A DNA stretch of 61,646 nt from Candidatus Zambryskibacteria bacterium RIFCSPLOWO2_01_FULL_39_39 (lineage in GTDB: Bacteria; Patescibacteriota; Minisyncoccia; Phycocordibacterales; WO2-35-19). A program made the translations under genes and the position numbers. Positions 17,033 to 28,314 of this stretch are shown piece by piece (the stretch's first letter is position 1; each line of letters begins with the position of its first letter). The stretch is from positions 1 to 61,646 of the forward strand of contig MHWB01000010.1 in the NCBI GenBank assembly GCA_001823925.1, read 5' to 3'. The notes under the pieces are model-generated. The model searched no databases and was not told the DNA's origin. It saw only the letters and a program-made list of their open reading frames with translations.

Positions 17033-17287
17033 CTATCTGCTCAATTTAAACAAATCGCCAAAGTTCTTTAAATCGCCTTTAACATCACCATAAGCACCAA
17101 CAGCACTATCAATATAAGGTTCTATGTAGTAGTAAACCCCAATAGCGGCTCCGACTAAAATAACCCAATATACAACCCTCATGATCCTACCCCAAAACAT
17201 ACCTCGTCTGATAGAGGAGAGCATTTTGTTGTTATCCTCTGCGAGTTCAAGAGTCTTTTTGAGCATTTCTCTTTCTTCAGGTTGCAT
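17033..17287 (-). CDS. hypothetical small membrane protein
   Basis: ORF track; one central TM helix. Confidence 0.5.
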   Translation of the reverse strand: MQPEEREMLKKTLELAEDNNKMLSSIRRGMFWGRIMRVVYWVILVGAAIGVYYYIEPYIDSAVGAYGDVKGDLKNFGDLFKLSR

Positions 17288-17333
17288 ATGAATATAATAG
17301 CAAATTTTATAAGAATTTCCAAATTATTTTTGT

Positions 17334-17801
17334 CTATTTTGAGAAAATTTCCAAATCCCGCAAAACTTCTTCTGCATGCTTCTCTGGATTTACTTTTTCG
17401 TACACTTTAACTATTTTACCTTTGGGGTTTATAAGAAAAGATGTCCGAATTGTTCCCATATATTTTTTGCCATACATACTCTTTTGGGCCCAGACACCAT
17501 ACTTTTCTACCACTTTTTTCTTCTCATCTGAAAGCAGGGTAAATGGTAGTTTATATTTTTTTACAAATTTATCGTGACTCTCCACAGAATCAATACTTAT
17601 ACCAAAAACTTGGCACTTTAATTTCTTAAAATTCGGAAACTCATCACGGATCATACATGCTTCTTTGGTACAACCCGAAGTATCATCTTTAGGATAAAAA
17701 TACAAAAGAATCCACTTTCCCAGATAATTAGAAAGTTTGTGGATTTTTCCTTTTTGATCAGGTAAGCTAAAGTTTGGCGCTTTTTTATTTACAGTTACCA
17801 T
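17334..17801 (-). CDS. bcp: thiol peroxidase Bcp (peroxiredoxin)
   Basis: AhpC/TSA fold pattern; GCTKEAC redox motif. Confidence 0.9.
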   Translation of the reverse strand: MVTVNKKAPNFSLPDQKGKIHKLSNYLGKWILLYFYPKDDTSGCTKEACMIRDEFPNFKKLKCQVFGISIDSVESHDKFVKKYKLPFTLLSDEKKKVVEKYGVWAQKSMYGKKYMGTIRTSFLINPKGKIVKVYEKVNPEKHAEEVLRDLEIFSK

Positions 17802-17817
17802 ATGTATTTAATTATTC

Positions 17818-18054
17818 TTAGATTCCCAACAAAGAAGAGATCTCTCCTTGATCAAAGCCGACCACCACTTTGCCATCTATAGAGATCACCGGTACGCCAA
17901 GTTGGCCACTTTTGTCCACCATCTCCTTTCTTTTTTCTAAATCAGTTAAGACATCGTATTCTGTATACGCAATCCCCTGCTCCTTAAAAAATTCTTTGGC
18001 TAAATGGCAATAGTGACAAGTTGGTGTTGAATATATGATTACATCTTTATTCAT
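17818..18054 (-). CDS. glutaredoxin-like protein (NrdH/YruB-like)
   Basis: 78 aa; CHYC motif near the N-terminus. Confidence 0.8.
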   Translation of the reverse strand: MNKDVIIYSTPTCHYCHLAKEFFKEQGIAYTEYDVLTDLEKRKEMVDKSGQLGVPVISIDGKVVVGFDQGEISSLLGI

Positions 18055-18072
18055 TTTTTTAAAATTTTAATT

Positions 18073-18567
18073 TTAATGTCTCTTCCATTCTCCTATTTTG
18101 CCCGTCTTCAAAACATTTTCAGCCATCGCTAGTTCGTCAAGGATTCCGTCTATCAATTCATATTTTTTTGCTTCCTCCAAACTAACCCATTCATATTTAT
18201 CAGCTTCTTCTTCTTGTAAAACAACTTCACCAGAAACATAATCAACTAGACAAGAAATAACCAAAGAGGGCATACCGTCGTCATCATGTATATTTGCTAA
18301 ACTGGTAACATATCTTACATTATCTATTTGAAGTCCAACCTCTTCTTTCACTTCTCTGGCCAGAGTTTTCTCCAGAACATTATACCAATAATGTTCTGTC
18401 TCTTTAGGATATGAAGTAAAATCAGAAGTCTCCATGTGACCACCCGGTACTGTCCACTTACCACCAAATCTTTTTTTCTGCATTGACCTGCGAGTAACGA
18501 GATACTTCCCGTCTTTTACGATTATGGCAGTAATAACTATTTCAAATGGTGTATATTTGCTTGCCAT
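18073..18567 (-). CDS. NUDIX hydrolase
   Basis: Nudix box GGHMET...LAREVKEEVGL. Confidence 0.85.
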   Translation of the reverse strand: MASKYTPFEIVITAIIVKDGKYLVTRRSMQKKRFGGKWTVPGGHMETSDFTSYPKETEHYWYNVLEKTLAREVKEEVGLQIDNVRYVTSLANIHDDDGMPSLVISCLVDYVSGEVVLQEEEADKYEWVSLEEAKKYELIDGILDELAMAENVLKTGKIGEWKRH

Positions 18568-18570
18568 TTT

Positions 18571-19128
18571 TTAAAATTGCACTTTAACCGGCTCGGAGGC
18601 GGCTCCGTCACCACCCAAATCAAAAAATTCCATCTTGGAAAAGTTGAATGTCTTGGCGACAAAATTTGACGGGAAGGTGTCGGTCGCAATATTTAAGTCA
18701 CGCACGTTGGTATTGTAAAACCTTCTGGCCGCTTGAATTTTGTTTTCGGTATCAGAAAGTTCTCTTTGGAGTTCTAAGAAATTTTGATTGGCTTTCAAAT
18801 CAGGATAGGCCTCGGCAACCGCAAAAAGAGATTTCAAAGCGCCGGAGAGCATATTTTCTGCCTTGCCTTTTTCTTCAATATTTTGAGCGCCGATTGCCAT
18901 TGCTCGAGCTTTGGTGACATTTTCAAAAGCAGTTGATTCATGAGTAGCATAACCTTTGACGGTACTTACCAGATTGGGAATAAGGTCATAGCGACGCTTC
19001 ATCTGAACTTCAATATCACTCCACGCTTCTTTGGCACGAGTAATAAGCCGAACAAAACGATTGTAAGCAAAAATAAACCAAAAGACAGCTACCGCGACTA
19101 ATATTAAAATAACTGTTGAAAATGTCAT
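18571..19128 (-). CDS. LemA family protein
   Basis: N-terminal TM segment; RRYDLIPNLV and AARRFYN motifs. Confidence 0.85.
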   Translation of the reverse strand: MTFSTVILILVAVAVFWFIFAYNRFVRLITRAKEAWSDIEVQMKRRYDLIPNLVSTVKGYATHESTAFENVTKARAMAIGAQNIEEKGKAENMLSGALKSLFAVAEAYPDLKANQNFLELQRELSDTENKIQAARRFYNTNVRDLNIATDTFPSNFVAKTFNFSKMEFFDLGGDGAASEPVKVQF

Positions 19129-19190
19129 TATTTTAAAAATTATTGATAATACTTGGTCGTATTATATCACAAAATATAGTCTTTGCATTC

Positions 19191-19222
19191 AAATAAAAAA
19201 GGGGCGGCTTTATGGGCCGCCC
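19191..19222 (-). terminator. intrinsic terminator
   Basis: Minus strand reads GGGCGGC-CCATAAA-GCCGCCC followed by CTTTTTTATTT. Confidence 0.75.
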
Positions 19223-19232
19223 ACCTCGCTCG

Positions 19233-19448
19233 TCAGGCGAGTAACTGAAGGAATCTCCCCAACTCCAAAGGTGGTGGTGTTGGGGCGTGTTGGAGCCGTT
19301 CAAAACCCCTCTCGAAATTCCGTTGCCCCCTGCGATCGGGGGTATCGTCCAATCCGTCGGGCAGAAGCCCATTCGAGGTGATAAGGGTTGTTGCACACCT
19401 CTCGCAATTTATCCTCGACCTCCCGGAACAATGTTTACAGTCGTTCAT
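19233..19448 (-). CDS. small Cys4 zinc-ribbon protein (71 aa)
   Basis: Strong SD AAGGAGAAAGAG before the ATG. CKHC...CERC motif. G+C-rich, with a terminator immediately downstream. Confidence 0.6.
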   Translation of the reverse strand: MNDCKHCSGRSRINCERCATTLITSNGLLPDGLDDTPDRRGQRNFERGFERLQHAPTPPPLELGRFLQLLA

Positions 19449-19544
19449 CTCTTTCTCCTTGTCTCCTTGAGAACTACGTCAGCCCAAACAGGGCTGATCT
19501 GTAATTTATAGTACTACTATTCCCATATTATGTCCAACTAGGCA

Positions 19545-19662
19545 AATAAAAAGACCGCTCGCCACCATTGTAAGGCTTTGAGCGGTCTCGGTTGCAGGTC
19601 CCGGTGACGAGATCATGCCTTTTTTCGGCATGATATTTATTCCCCGCCCACCAGAAACCATT
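19545..19662 (-). ncRNA. candidate small transcript (unknown class)
   Basis: Extended -10 TGCTATAAT (19669-19677, minus). Internal hairpin ATCATGCC/GGCATGAT. Canonical terminator GACCGCTC...GAGCGGTC-TTTTTATTT. Confidence 0.35.
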
Positions 19663-19689
19663 TTCAGTATTATAGCATATTTATAGAAA

Positions 19690-19981
19690 AAGATCGTCGG
19701 CTGGTGTGAGGGTCTGGAAAGCCAGAACCATCCTTTTGCACCCCACACCAGCCATTCGTGCTATAACTCCCGCGCTCCAAGCCGTCGGACAAACCATCAC
19801 ATGCCACTCTGGGAACTTGCCCCAAAGGAAGGTCCGAGGTAAATGAAGTGAGCGGCGGGATCGCACGTTTTGCCCCCAGAGAGCCTCTCCGCTATCGAGG
19901 AGACTCTATCCAACGCTAACATAGTTATACAAATCGAGCTAATTGCCGACTCATACCACCGTTCGCGAAGCGGGGGGTTCT
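19690..19981 (-). ncRNA. candidate ~290-nt G+C-rich structured transcript (unknown class)
   Basis: It lies downstream of the consensus promoter at 19989-20016 and ends at a 10-bp stem GGCTGGTGTG/CACACCAGCC plus a T-run. No convincing ORF. Confidence 0.3.
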
Positions 19982-19988
19982 GTATATA

Positions 19989-20016
19989 AGTATAGCATAC
20001 CCATTAATTTTGTCAA
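19989..20016 (-). promoter_or_regulatory. near-consensus sigma70-type promoter
   Basis: Minus strand reads TTGACA, 16 nt, TATACT. Confidence 0.6.
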
Positions 20017-20114
20017 GTAAAATTTCATTTTGTAAGTGGATATACCAAAAAATAGCTCCGTTGAGCCATTTTTAGGAAAAGCCGTAAAAGTGGTTTTGCG
20101 GCTTTTTATTGTTT

Positions 20115-21806
<1,692 letters not shown>

Positions 21807-22166
21807 TTAATTAATAATTGCAAGTATATTTTCTTCTTTTAAAATATAATATTCTTCACCGTCAAACTTAACTTCCTCATATCCATATCTTGAAAATACT
21901 ACCTTGTCTCCCACTTTTAGAGACATCGGCACTCTTTTGCCATCTTCCCATCTACCAATACCTATGGCAACTACTTTGCCTTGCTCTGGCTTTTCTTTGC
22001 TGACCGTATCAGGAATGATAATACCTGAAGCGGTGGTACTCATCTCATCCTGTGAAAAAGGTTTGAGCAGTATCCTGTCTCCCAAAGGAGTAATTTTACT
22101 TACCACCTTTTTACCTGCCTGCCGATGGGTACGGCTTACCTTTCTTATTTTTGCTTTCTTTTTCAT
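21807..22166 (-). CDS. groS: co-chaperonin GroES with ~24-aa basic N-terminal extension
   Basis: ITPLGDRILLKP...GKVVAIG core; located immediately upstream of groL. Confidence 0.9.
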   Translation of the reverse strand: MKKKAKIRKVSRTHRQAGKKVVSKITPLGDRILLKPFSQDEMSTTASGIIIPDTVSKEKPEQGKVVAIGIGRWEDGKRVPMSLKVGDKVVFSRYGYEEVKFDGEEYYILKEENILAIIN

Positions 22167-22295
22167 ATGATTTGGTGAAATTAAAATAGTCTAATAAAGC
22201 GAGGGTATTATAGTATATTTTTGAATACTTGCAAGGACTTGGTGACTATCAAAATTTGCAGGTATTTAGAGTTGTGCTATACTAACCCAAACGTT

Positions 22296-22508
22296 ATGTT
22301 GTCCTATATTCAAATAGTCTTGGCTGTCCTACTCAGCGCGCTTATACTTGTTCAGCAATCTGAAGGCTCCCTGGGGAGCGCTTTTGGCGGTGGCAATATG
22401 GACACTGCTCATAGAACAAGAAGGGGGGCCGAGCTCTGGATTTTCAGGGGTACGATCATCATCGCTTGTCTTTTTGTTGCTTCTACTTTGCTAAATCTGT
22501 TATACTAA
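22296..22508 (+). CDS. secG: preprotein translocase subunit SecG
   Basis: MLSYIQIVLAVLLSALILVQQSEGSLGSAFGG pattern. An internal ATG is preferred over the track start at 22221. Confidence 0.75.
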   Translation: MLSYIQIVLAVLLSALILVQQSEGSLGSAFGGGNMDTAHRTRRGAELWIFRGTIIIACLFVASTLLNLLY

Positions 22509-22561
22509 AGCTTAGTTGTTATATTCTCTATTAATTAATGTAATTTCCTATTTCTAACGGG

Positions 22562-24313
22562 ATGAAACCTGAAAGTAAACTCAAATCTTTTTTTAATACA
22601 ATATTTATAAATTCTCACCACTTGCGTCTTATTGAAAAGATAGAAAGGGTGGTAGAAAAAATGAATATTTCCGAGAAAATATTTTTTGGAGTATTTTCTT
22701 TAGTGTTGGTGGTGAGTAGTTTGACACTGCTTTTCCGTTTACACAATTCATTTTTGGTAGAAGTTCCAGCCTTTGGGGGCAGTTTTACAGAAGGGCTCAT
22801 CGGAAGCCCTCGCTTTATAAATCCAGTTCTGGCGGTCTCTGATACTGATAAGGATATGGCTTCCATTATTTACTCTGGATTATTAAAGCCAAAAGAAAAC
22901 GGAAACTTTGAAAAAGATCTGGCAGATTCTTTTGAAATAAAAGAAGGTGGCACTGTTTATGATTTTGTCTTGAAAGATAATATTTATTTCCATGATGGGA
23001 TTAGGGTGACGAGTGATGATGTGGTTTTTACTATTGAAAAGATTCTAGATCCAATAATCAAAAGCCCAAAAGGGCCGGGCTGGGAAGGGATAGTAGCAGA
23101 GAAAATAAGTGACAAGGAAATCAGATTTACTCTCAAAAAACCTTACGTGCTGTTTTTAAATACCTTAACTTTGGGGGTATTACCGAAACATATTTGGGAA
23201 AATGTTTCTTCTGAAGAGTTTCCTTTTAGCGAATTCAATATCAATCCCATAGGTTCTGGACCCTACAAAGTTGAGAAAATCACCAGAAATTCTGGGGGTA
23301 TCCTCACCGCTATAAATCTTTCTTCGTGGAGCAAATATCCTCTTGGTAGACCAAAAATCAAATCTATTATTTTCAAATTTTTCCAAAATGAAAATGCCCT
23401 TCTCAATGCCTATGAAAACCAAGATATAAACAGTGCCGTAAATTTAAGCCAAGAGGGCGCCAAACGTTTAATCCAAAATAAAAATATTATAAGCGAGACT
23501 TCTCTACCTAGGATTTTTGGGGTGTTCCTTAATCAAAATGTTGCCCCAATCTTTTTAAATAAAGAAATAAGAGAGGCACTAGAGGTAGCCACTCCCAAAA
23601 AAATGATAGTCGATCAAGTGCTTTCAGGTTTTGGTAAAGTTTTGAATGGACCAACCCCAGAAAGTGTTGAGAGAGACAGTCAAAAAATGGAGGGAAACAT
23701 AGAAGCCGGGAGAGATCTCCTGCTTAAATCTGGTTGGAAAGAAAATAAAGATGGTTATTTAGAAAAAAAGACAAAAACTGGAACCACAATTTTCCAATTT
23801 GCCATCACCACTTCGGATGCTCCAGAGCTCATAAAAACAGCTGAAATATTGCGAGAAGCTTGGAATAAAATGGGAGCTTCTGTCTCAGTCAAAGTCTTTG
23901 AATCTGGGGATTTGAGTCAAAATGTAATAAAGCCCAGAAAATATGATGCCCTCCTTTTTGGAGAAGTGGTAGGGGCCGAGAGTGATCTTTATCCATTTTG
24001 GCATTCTTCGGAGCGAAATGACCCCGGACTTAACATTTCACTTTATGCCAATATCACTGCCGATAAAATATTGGAAGAAATTCAGATAGAAGAAGATGTG
24101 GTAGAACAAGCAAGAAAAAAAGAAACCCTTTTTGCTGAAATAAAAAATGATACTCCAGCGATTTTCTTGTTTTCTCCAAGTTTCTTGTATGCTCCGGCAA
24201 AAAATGTAAAAAATATTTTGTTAAAAGATGTTTCTTCCCAAAATGAAAGATTTATCTCAATTAATAAGTGGTTTATAGAGACTGACAAAGTCTGGAAATT
24301 TTTCTCCAACTAA
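22562..24313 (+). CDS. family 5 solute-binding protein (peptide/nickel ABC-type), membrane anchored
   Basis: N-terminal TM segment. Size and motifs are SBP_bac_5-like (FHDG..VT..DV.F). Confidence 0.75.
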   Translation: MKPESKLKSFFNTIFINSHHLRLIEKIERVVEKMNISEKIFFGVFSLVLVVSSLTLLFRLHNSFLVEVPAFGGSFTEGLIGSPRFINPVLAVSDTDKDMASIIYSGLLKPKENGNFEKDLADSFEIKEGGTVYDFVLKDNIYFHDGIRVTSDDVVFTIEKILDPIIKSPKGPGWEGIVAEKISDKEIRFTLKKPYVLFLNTLTLGVLPKHIWENVSSEEFPFSEFNINPIGSGPYKVEKITRNSGGILTAINLSSWSKYPLGRPKIKSIIFKFFQNENALLNAYENQDINSAVNLSQEGAKRLIQNKNIISETSLPRIFGVFLNQNVAPIFLNKEIREALEVATPKKMIVDQVLSGFGKVLNGPTPESVERDSQKMEGNIEAGRDLLLKSGWKENKDGYLEKKTKTGTTIFQFAITTSDAPELIKTAEILREAWNKMGASVSVKVFESGDLSQNVIKPRKYDALLFGEVVGAESDLYPFWHSSERNDPGLNISLYANITADKILEEIQIEEDVVEQARKKETLFAEIKNDTPAIFLFSPSFLYAPAKNVKNILLKDVSSQNERFISINKWFIETDKVWKFFSN

Positions 24314-24324
24314 ATTATAAAAAT

Positions 24325-26211
24325 ATGCCCGAACAAAAAAGAAATAAAATAAGAAGCTTTTATGCTCCAGAAAAACCAAGAGGGTTGAGAAATGCTCCGG
24401 GAGTAACACCTGTGAGAAAAAGAACTGACTCTTTCTCTCGTAAACGTTTTGTTAATTCAAACTCTAGGTTTGGCCACGCTGAAAATCAAAAACCCCAATC
24501 TGTGACCACCGAGACTCTCTCATTGCCTGTCGTTGGAGAAAATATCAGAATTATCCCGTTGGGCGGTGTTGAGGAGATCGGTAAAAATATGACCGCCATT
24601 GAAATCGGTGATGATATCTTGGTGATCGATGCCGGATTTCAATTTAGAGACGAAGATACTCCCGGAGTGGATTATATTTTGCCAAATACAAAATATCTTG
24701 AAGAAAGAAAAGATAAAATCAGGGGGGTGATAATAACTCATGGACACTTAGACCACATAGGCGGTATCCCTTATATTATGTACCGCATTGGCAATCCACC
24801 AATCTACTCAAGAGCCCTCACTACCATTATGATTAAAAAGAGGCAGGAGGAGTTCCCCCATTTACCACCACTTGATATAAAGGTGGTAGAAAAAGAAGAT
24901 ACTATCATCTTGGGAAAACTTAGAGTTAAATTTTTTGCAGTCACCCACACCATACCCGATTCAATGGGTATCATTATAGAAACTCCATATGGAGCGATAG
25001 TGACTCCAGGAGACATAAAATTGGAACACGAAAAAGGTATCCCGACCGAGAGAGAAGAGGCGGAATATAAAATATTTGAAGACAAAAAAGTATTATTACT
25101 TATGATGGATTCTACCAACGTAGACAACCCCGGATTTTCCACTCCAGAAAAAGAAGTCTGCAAAAACCTAGAAGAAATCATAAGAGGCACCAAACGCAGA
25201 CTTATCATCGGCACTTTTGCTTCCCAATTAGAGCGGATAATCGCCATCATAGAAGCCGCCGAAAGGAACGGTAAAAAGGTGGTGGTGGAAGGGAGGAGTA
25301 TGAAGCAAAATATTGAGATAGTCTTATCTCTCGGAAGATTAAAAGTAAAAAAGGAGACTATCGTGGGAGTAGAAGATATAGAAAAATATCCGCCAGACAG
25401 GGTGGTTGTCTTGGCTACTGGCGCTCAAGGAGATGAATTTGCCGCTCTGATGCGTATGTCAAACAAGAGCCATAAAAATATAAAGGTTGGCAAAAGAGAT
25501 ACTGTACTTCTATCTTCTTCTATTATTCCCGGCAACGAAAGATCTGTTCAAAAACTGAAGGACAATCTGGCGAGACTCGGGGCTAAAATAATCCACTACC
25601 GCACCTCCGATGTCTACATTCACTCAACTGGACATGGTAACCGTGGAGAACTTGAGTGGCTACATAAAAAAATAAAACCAAAATTTTTTATTCCCATCCA
25701 CGGCAATCATTATATGCTTCGTATCCACGAGGAGCTTGCCCAAACTTTGGGAATGCCGGAAAAAAATATAATTGTGCCAGACAACGGTATGATAATCCAA
25801 ATAGAAGATCAGGGTGAAAAAATAATTGCTTTGAAACAGACCGCCCCATCTTCTCCAGTGATGGTGGACGGCTTTGCGGTCGCTGATGTCCAAGAGGTAG
25901 TCATGCGAGATAGAAAAATGCTAGCCGATGATGGAATGTTTGTGATTGTCGCTATCATTGATTTGAAGACTGGCAGACTCCGCAAATCGCCAGATCTTAT
26001 TTCTCGCGGTTTTGTCTATTTGCGTGAGTCCCAAGAGCTTTTGGGACACACTCGCCTCATCATCAAAAAAACTATTGAAGAATCAACCCGTGGCATGAAT
26101 CCGATAAATTTTGATTATATCAAAAGCAATGTGACTGACGCTGTCGCCCGCTTCCTCTTCCAAAAAACCGCCAAAAAACCCATCGTCATCCCCGTCATCT
26201 TGGGGGTTTAG
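24325..26211 (+). CDS. rnj: ribonuclease J
   Basis: Metallo-beta-lactamase HGHLDH motif, beta-CASP region, 628 aa with a basic N-terminal extension. Confidence 0.9.
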   Translation: MPEQKRNKIRSFYAPEKPRGLRNAPGVTPVRKRTDSFSRKRFVNSNSRFGHAENQKPQSVTTETLSLPVVGENIRIIPLGGVEEIGKNMTAIEIGDDILVIDAGFQFRDEDTPGVDYILPNTKYLEERKDKIRGVIITHGHLDHIGGIPYIMYRIGNPPIYSRALTTIMIKKRQEEFPHLPPLDIKVVEKEDTIILGKLRVKFFAVTHTIPDSMGIIIETPYGAIVTPGDIKLEHEKGIPTEREEAEYKIFEDKKVLLLMMDSTNVDNPGFSTPEKEVCKNLEEIIRGTKRRLIIGTFASQLERIIAIIEAAERNGKKVVVEGRSMKQNIEIVLSLGRLKVKKETIVGVEDIEKYPPDRVVVLATGAQGDEFAALMRMSNKSHKNIKVGKRDTVLLSSSIIPGNERSVQKLKDNLARLGAKIIHYRTSDVYIHSTGHGNRGELEWLHKKIKPKFFIPIHGNHYMLRIHEELAQTLGMPEKNIIVPDNGMIIQIEDQGEKIIALKQTAPSSPVMVDGFAVADVQEVVMRDRKMLADDGMFVIVAIIDLKTGRLRKSPDLISRGFVYLRESQELLGHTRLIIKKTIEESTRGMNPINFDYIKSNVTDAVARFLFQKTAKKPIVIPVILGV

Positions 26212-26234
26212 GCTTATCTTTACGACCCCACCCC

Positions 26235-26347
26235 GCTTTCCTTACGGAAAGCCTCCCCTCACCTTGCGAAGGTGAGGGGAAAAATAAAAAAATAAATTCC
26301 CTTCCCAGAGGATGACCCTTGAAGACCCTGCCCAAAGGGTCATCCTC
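26235..26347. repeat. three consecutive G+C-rich hairpins
   Basis: GCTTTCC/GGAAAGC; CCCCTCACC-TTGCGAA-GGTGAGGGG; GAGGATGACCCT/AGGGTCATCCTC (12 bp). Confidence 0.7.
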
Positions 26348-26436
26348 AAATTTTCCTTATTTTAAGCCACTTTTATCATTTTGCTTACTATTTGATCTGT
26401 AATATTATATAATCCAATACAGAAAGAAGGTTCACA

Positions 26437-26703
26437 GTGAAAAAAGAAACAATTCCTTTCGGTCCAATAACTTTGGGTACTTTGATGGCATCGGTTATTG
26501 CGGTATTGTTGTACGTGATACACAGTACGCTCTTCCAGATCCCCAAATTATTCATAGAATTCGTTTGGTGGATATTGCTTATCATAAGTCTGATTTTCAT
26601 CACAAACTTAAGAAAAAATTTTGGTGTGGATGTGCAAGTCCTCCGGTCGTTTGTTTTTGCATCTGCCATATTTTGTCTTGCGTATCTTTTGCATTTCAAA
26701 TAA
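26437..26703 (+). CDS. hypothetical membrane protein (88 aa)
   Basis: GTG start with an upstream GAAGG; three predicted TM helices. The overlapping minus-strand ORF looks less gene-like. Confidence 0.45.
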   Translation: MKKETIPFGPITLGTLMASVIAVLLYVIHSTLFQIPKLFIEFVWWILLIISLIFITNLRKNFGVDVQVLRSFVFASAIFCLAYLLHFK

Positions 26704-26801
26704 AAAGGTAGAACTTGTGTCGTTGGAATCTGCAGATTCTTGCGACATTTTTTATAATAAAGACTCTATACCTCACGACTATTTTCAGGTAAAATAAACA
26801 G

Positions 26802-27968
26802 GTGAGTTTAAATGTAAGTTTAAAAAAGAGATTGGGGTTAGTATATTTGAGCGGGTTTCTGTTTGCGGTACATCTTGCCCTAATTACTTACGTAAACTCT
26901 TCCCTACTCAAACAATTTGTCGGAGACAATACTTTAAATATTTTATATATCGGAGGTTCTTTGCTCAGCATCGTTTTCCTTCTTTTAGCTCCTTCTATCT
27001 TAAGGAAATCTGGTAGTGTTTTAACTTTTTTATTTTTTATAACTCTAGAGATTTTTGCCATTTTTGGTATGGCGAGTACCAATGTAGCAGCTTTGGTTAT
27101 TATTTTATTTTTGATTCATATTGCCACTAGTTCAATGCTTTATTTTTGTATTGATATAAACCTAGAACAAGAGACAAAAATAGAAGGCGAGACTGGTGGC
27201 AAAAGAAGCATCCTCCTCACCATCTCAAATTTTGCTTGGGTTCTTTCACCTCTAACTCTTGTCTTTCTGGTAACCCAAAATACTTTTGGTAAAGTTTATT
27301 TACTGTCAGCCGTAGCCCTGATACCACTTTTTATTATAGTGAGTATATTTTTTAAGAATACAAAAACGGCACCAATTATAAACACCAGAATATTTTCCAC
27401 TTTACGCTCATTGTGGAATAAAAAAGATCAAGCGAAAATAATAGGTACTCAATTTATACTTAATTTTTTTTACGCTTGGATGGTTATATATCTGCCACTC
27501 CTTTTAAATAAGGAAATTGGCTTCGGTTGGGACAAAATCGGACTTATCTTTACAATAATGCTTTTGCCTTTTATTCTCTTTGAAATGCCGACTGGGTTTT
27601 TGGCAGATAAAAAATTTGGAGAAAAAGAATTTCTAATTCTAGGATTTATTATAATGTTTATATCCACCATCTTTATACCCACTCTCCACTCTCCAGTTTT
27701 TTGGATCTGGACTGTTTTGTTGTTTGTAACAAGGGTTGGAGCAAGTCTCGTCGAAGCCTCAAGTGAAAGCTATTTTTTCAAACACGTAAAAGAAGAGGAT
27801 ACCGGGTTTATAAGTCTTTTCCGTATGGCTCGCCCACTCTCGTATGTCATCGCTCCTCTTTTTGCTCTACCTGTTGTTTATTTCTTTTCCTACTCTAGCT
27901 CCTTCTACTTCCTCGCTTGCTTTACCCTTCTCGGCTTGCTTTTTATTCCTAAAAGAGATACAAAATAG
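26802..27968 (+). CDS. MFS-type transporter
   Basis: 388 aa, about 12 TM helices. Confidence 0.7.
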   Translation: MSLNVSLKKRLGLVYLSGFLFAVHLALITYVNSSLLKQFVGDNTLNILYIGGSLLSIVFLLLAPSILRKSGSVLTFLFFITLEIFAIFGMASTNVAALVIILFLIHIATSSMLYFCIDINLEQETKIEGETGGKRSILLTISNFAWVLSPLTLVFLVTQNTFGKVYLLSAVALIPLFIIVSIFFKNTKTAPIINTRIFSTLRSLWNKKDQAKIIGTQFILNFFYAWMVIYLPLLLNKEIGFGWDKIGLIFTIMLLPFILFEMPTGFLADKKFGEKEFLILGFIIMFISTIFIPTLHSPVFWIWTVLLFVTRVGASLVEASSESYFFKHVKEEDTGFISLFRMARPLSYVIAPLFALPVVYFFSYSSSFYFLACFTLLGLLFIPKRDTK

Positions 27969-28008
27969 TATAATAAGTCCATTAATAATAAGTTAACATA
28001 ATATAAAA

Positions 28009-28314
28009 ATGGAACAAATAGATAATGAAAAAAATGTCCCAAGACCAGAAGATATAGAGGCTGCTATGTTGTTGATAAAAGAACACCCACTATTAAGAGA
28101 CGATCTTTTAACCAAGCAAGTATTAGAGAGGGGTATTGGAGGACATGGAAAGCCGGTAAATATAGATGAATTTGTAGAAACACGAGGAGCTTTTTTGGAA
28201 CTAGAACAGCTGAAAGATAGATTACAGACTATTAAAAATGGCAACCCCAATGTTTACGAAGCTGCAGTAGTGCATTCAGTGAGACCAGATACAGAAAAAT
28301 CTTGGGTTAATTAA
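28009..28314 (+). CDS. hypothetical protein (101 aa)
   Basis: ORF track only. Confidence 0.5.
   Translation: MEQIDNEKNVPRPEDIEAAMLLIKEHPLLRDDLLTKQVLERGIGGHGKPVNIDEFVETRGAFLELEQLKDRLQTIKNGNPNVYEAAVVHSVRPDTEKSWVN

Noticed and set aside
19820-19850. GGAAGGTCCGAGG (plus strand) resembling the RNase P GGAAAGUCCGGGC motif, and ACAGAACCCCCCGC (minus strand, near 19975) resembling the RNase P 3' motif.
   Set aside because: The two motifs are on opposite strands and in the wrong order. The other conserved regions are missing, so this is probably coincidence.
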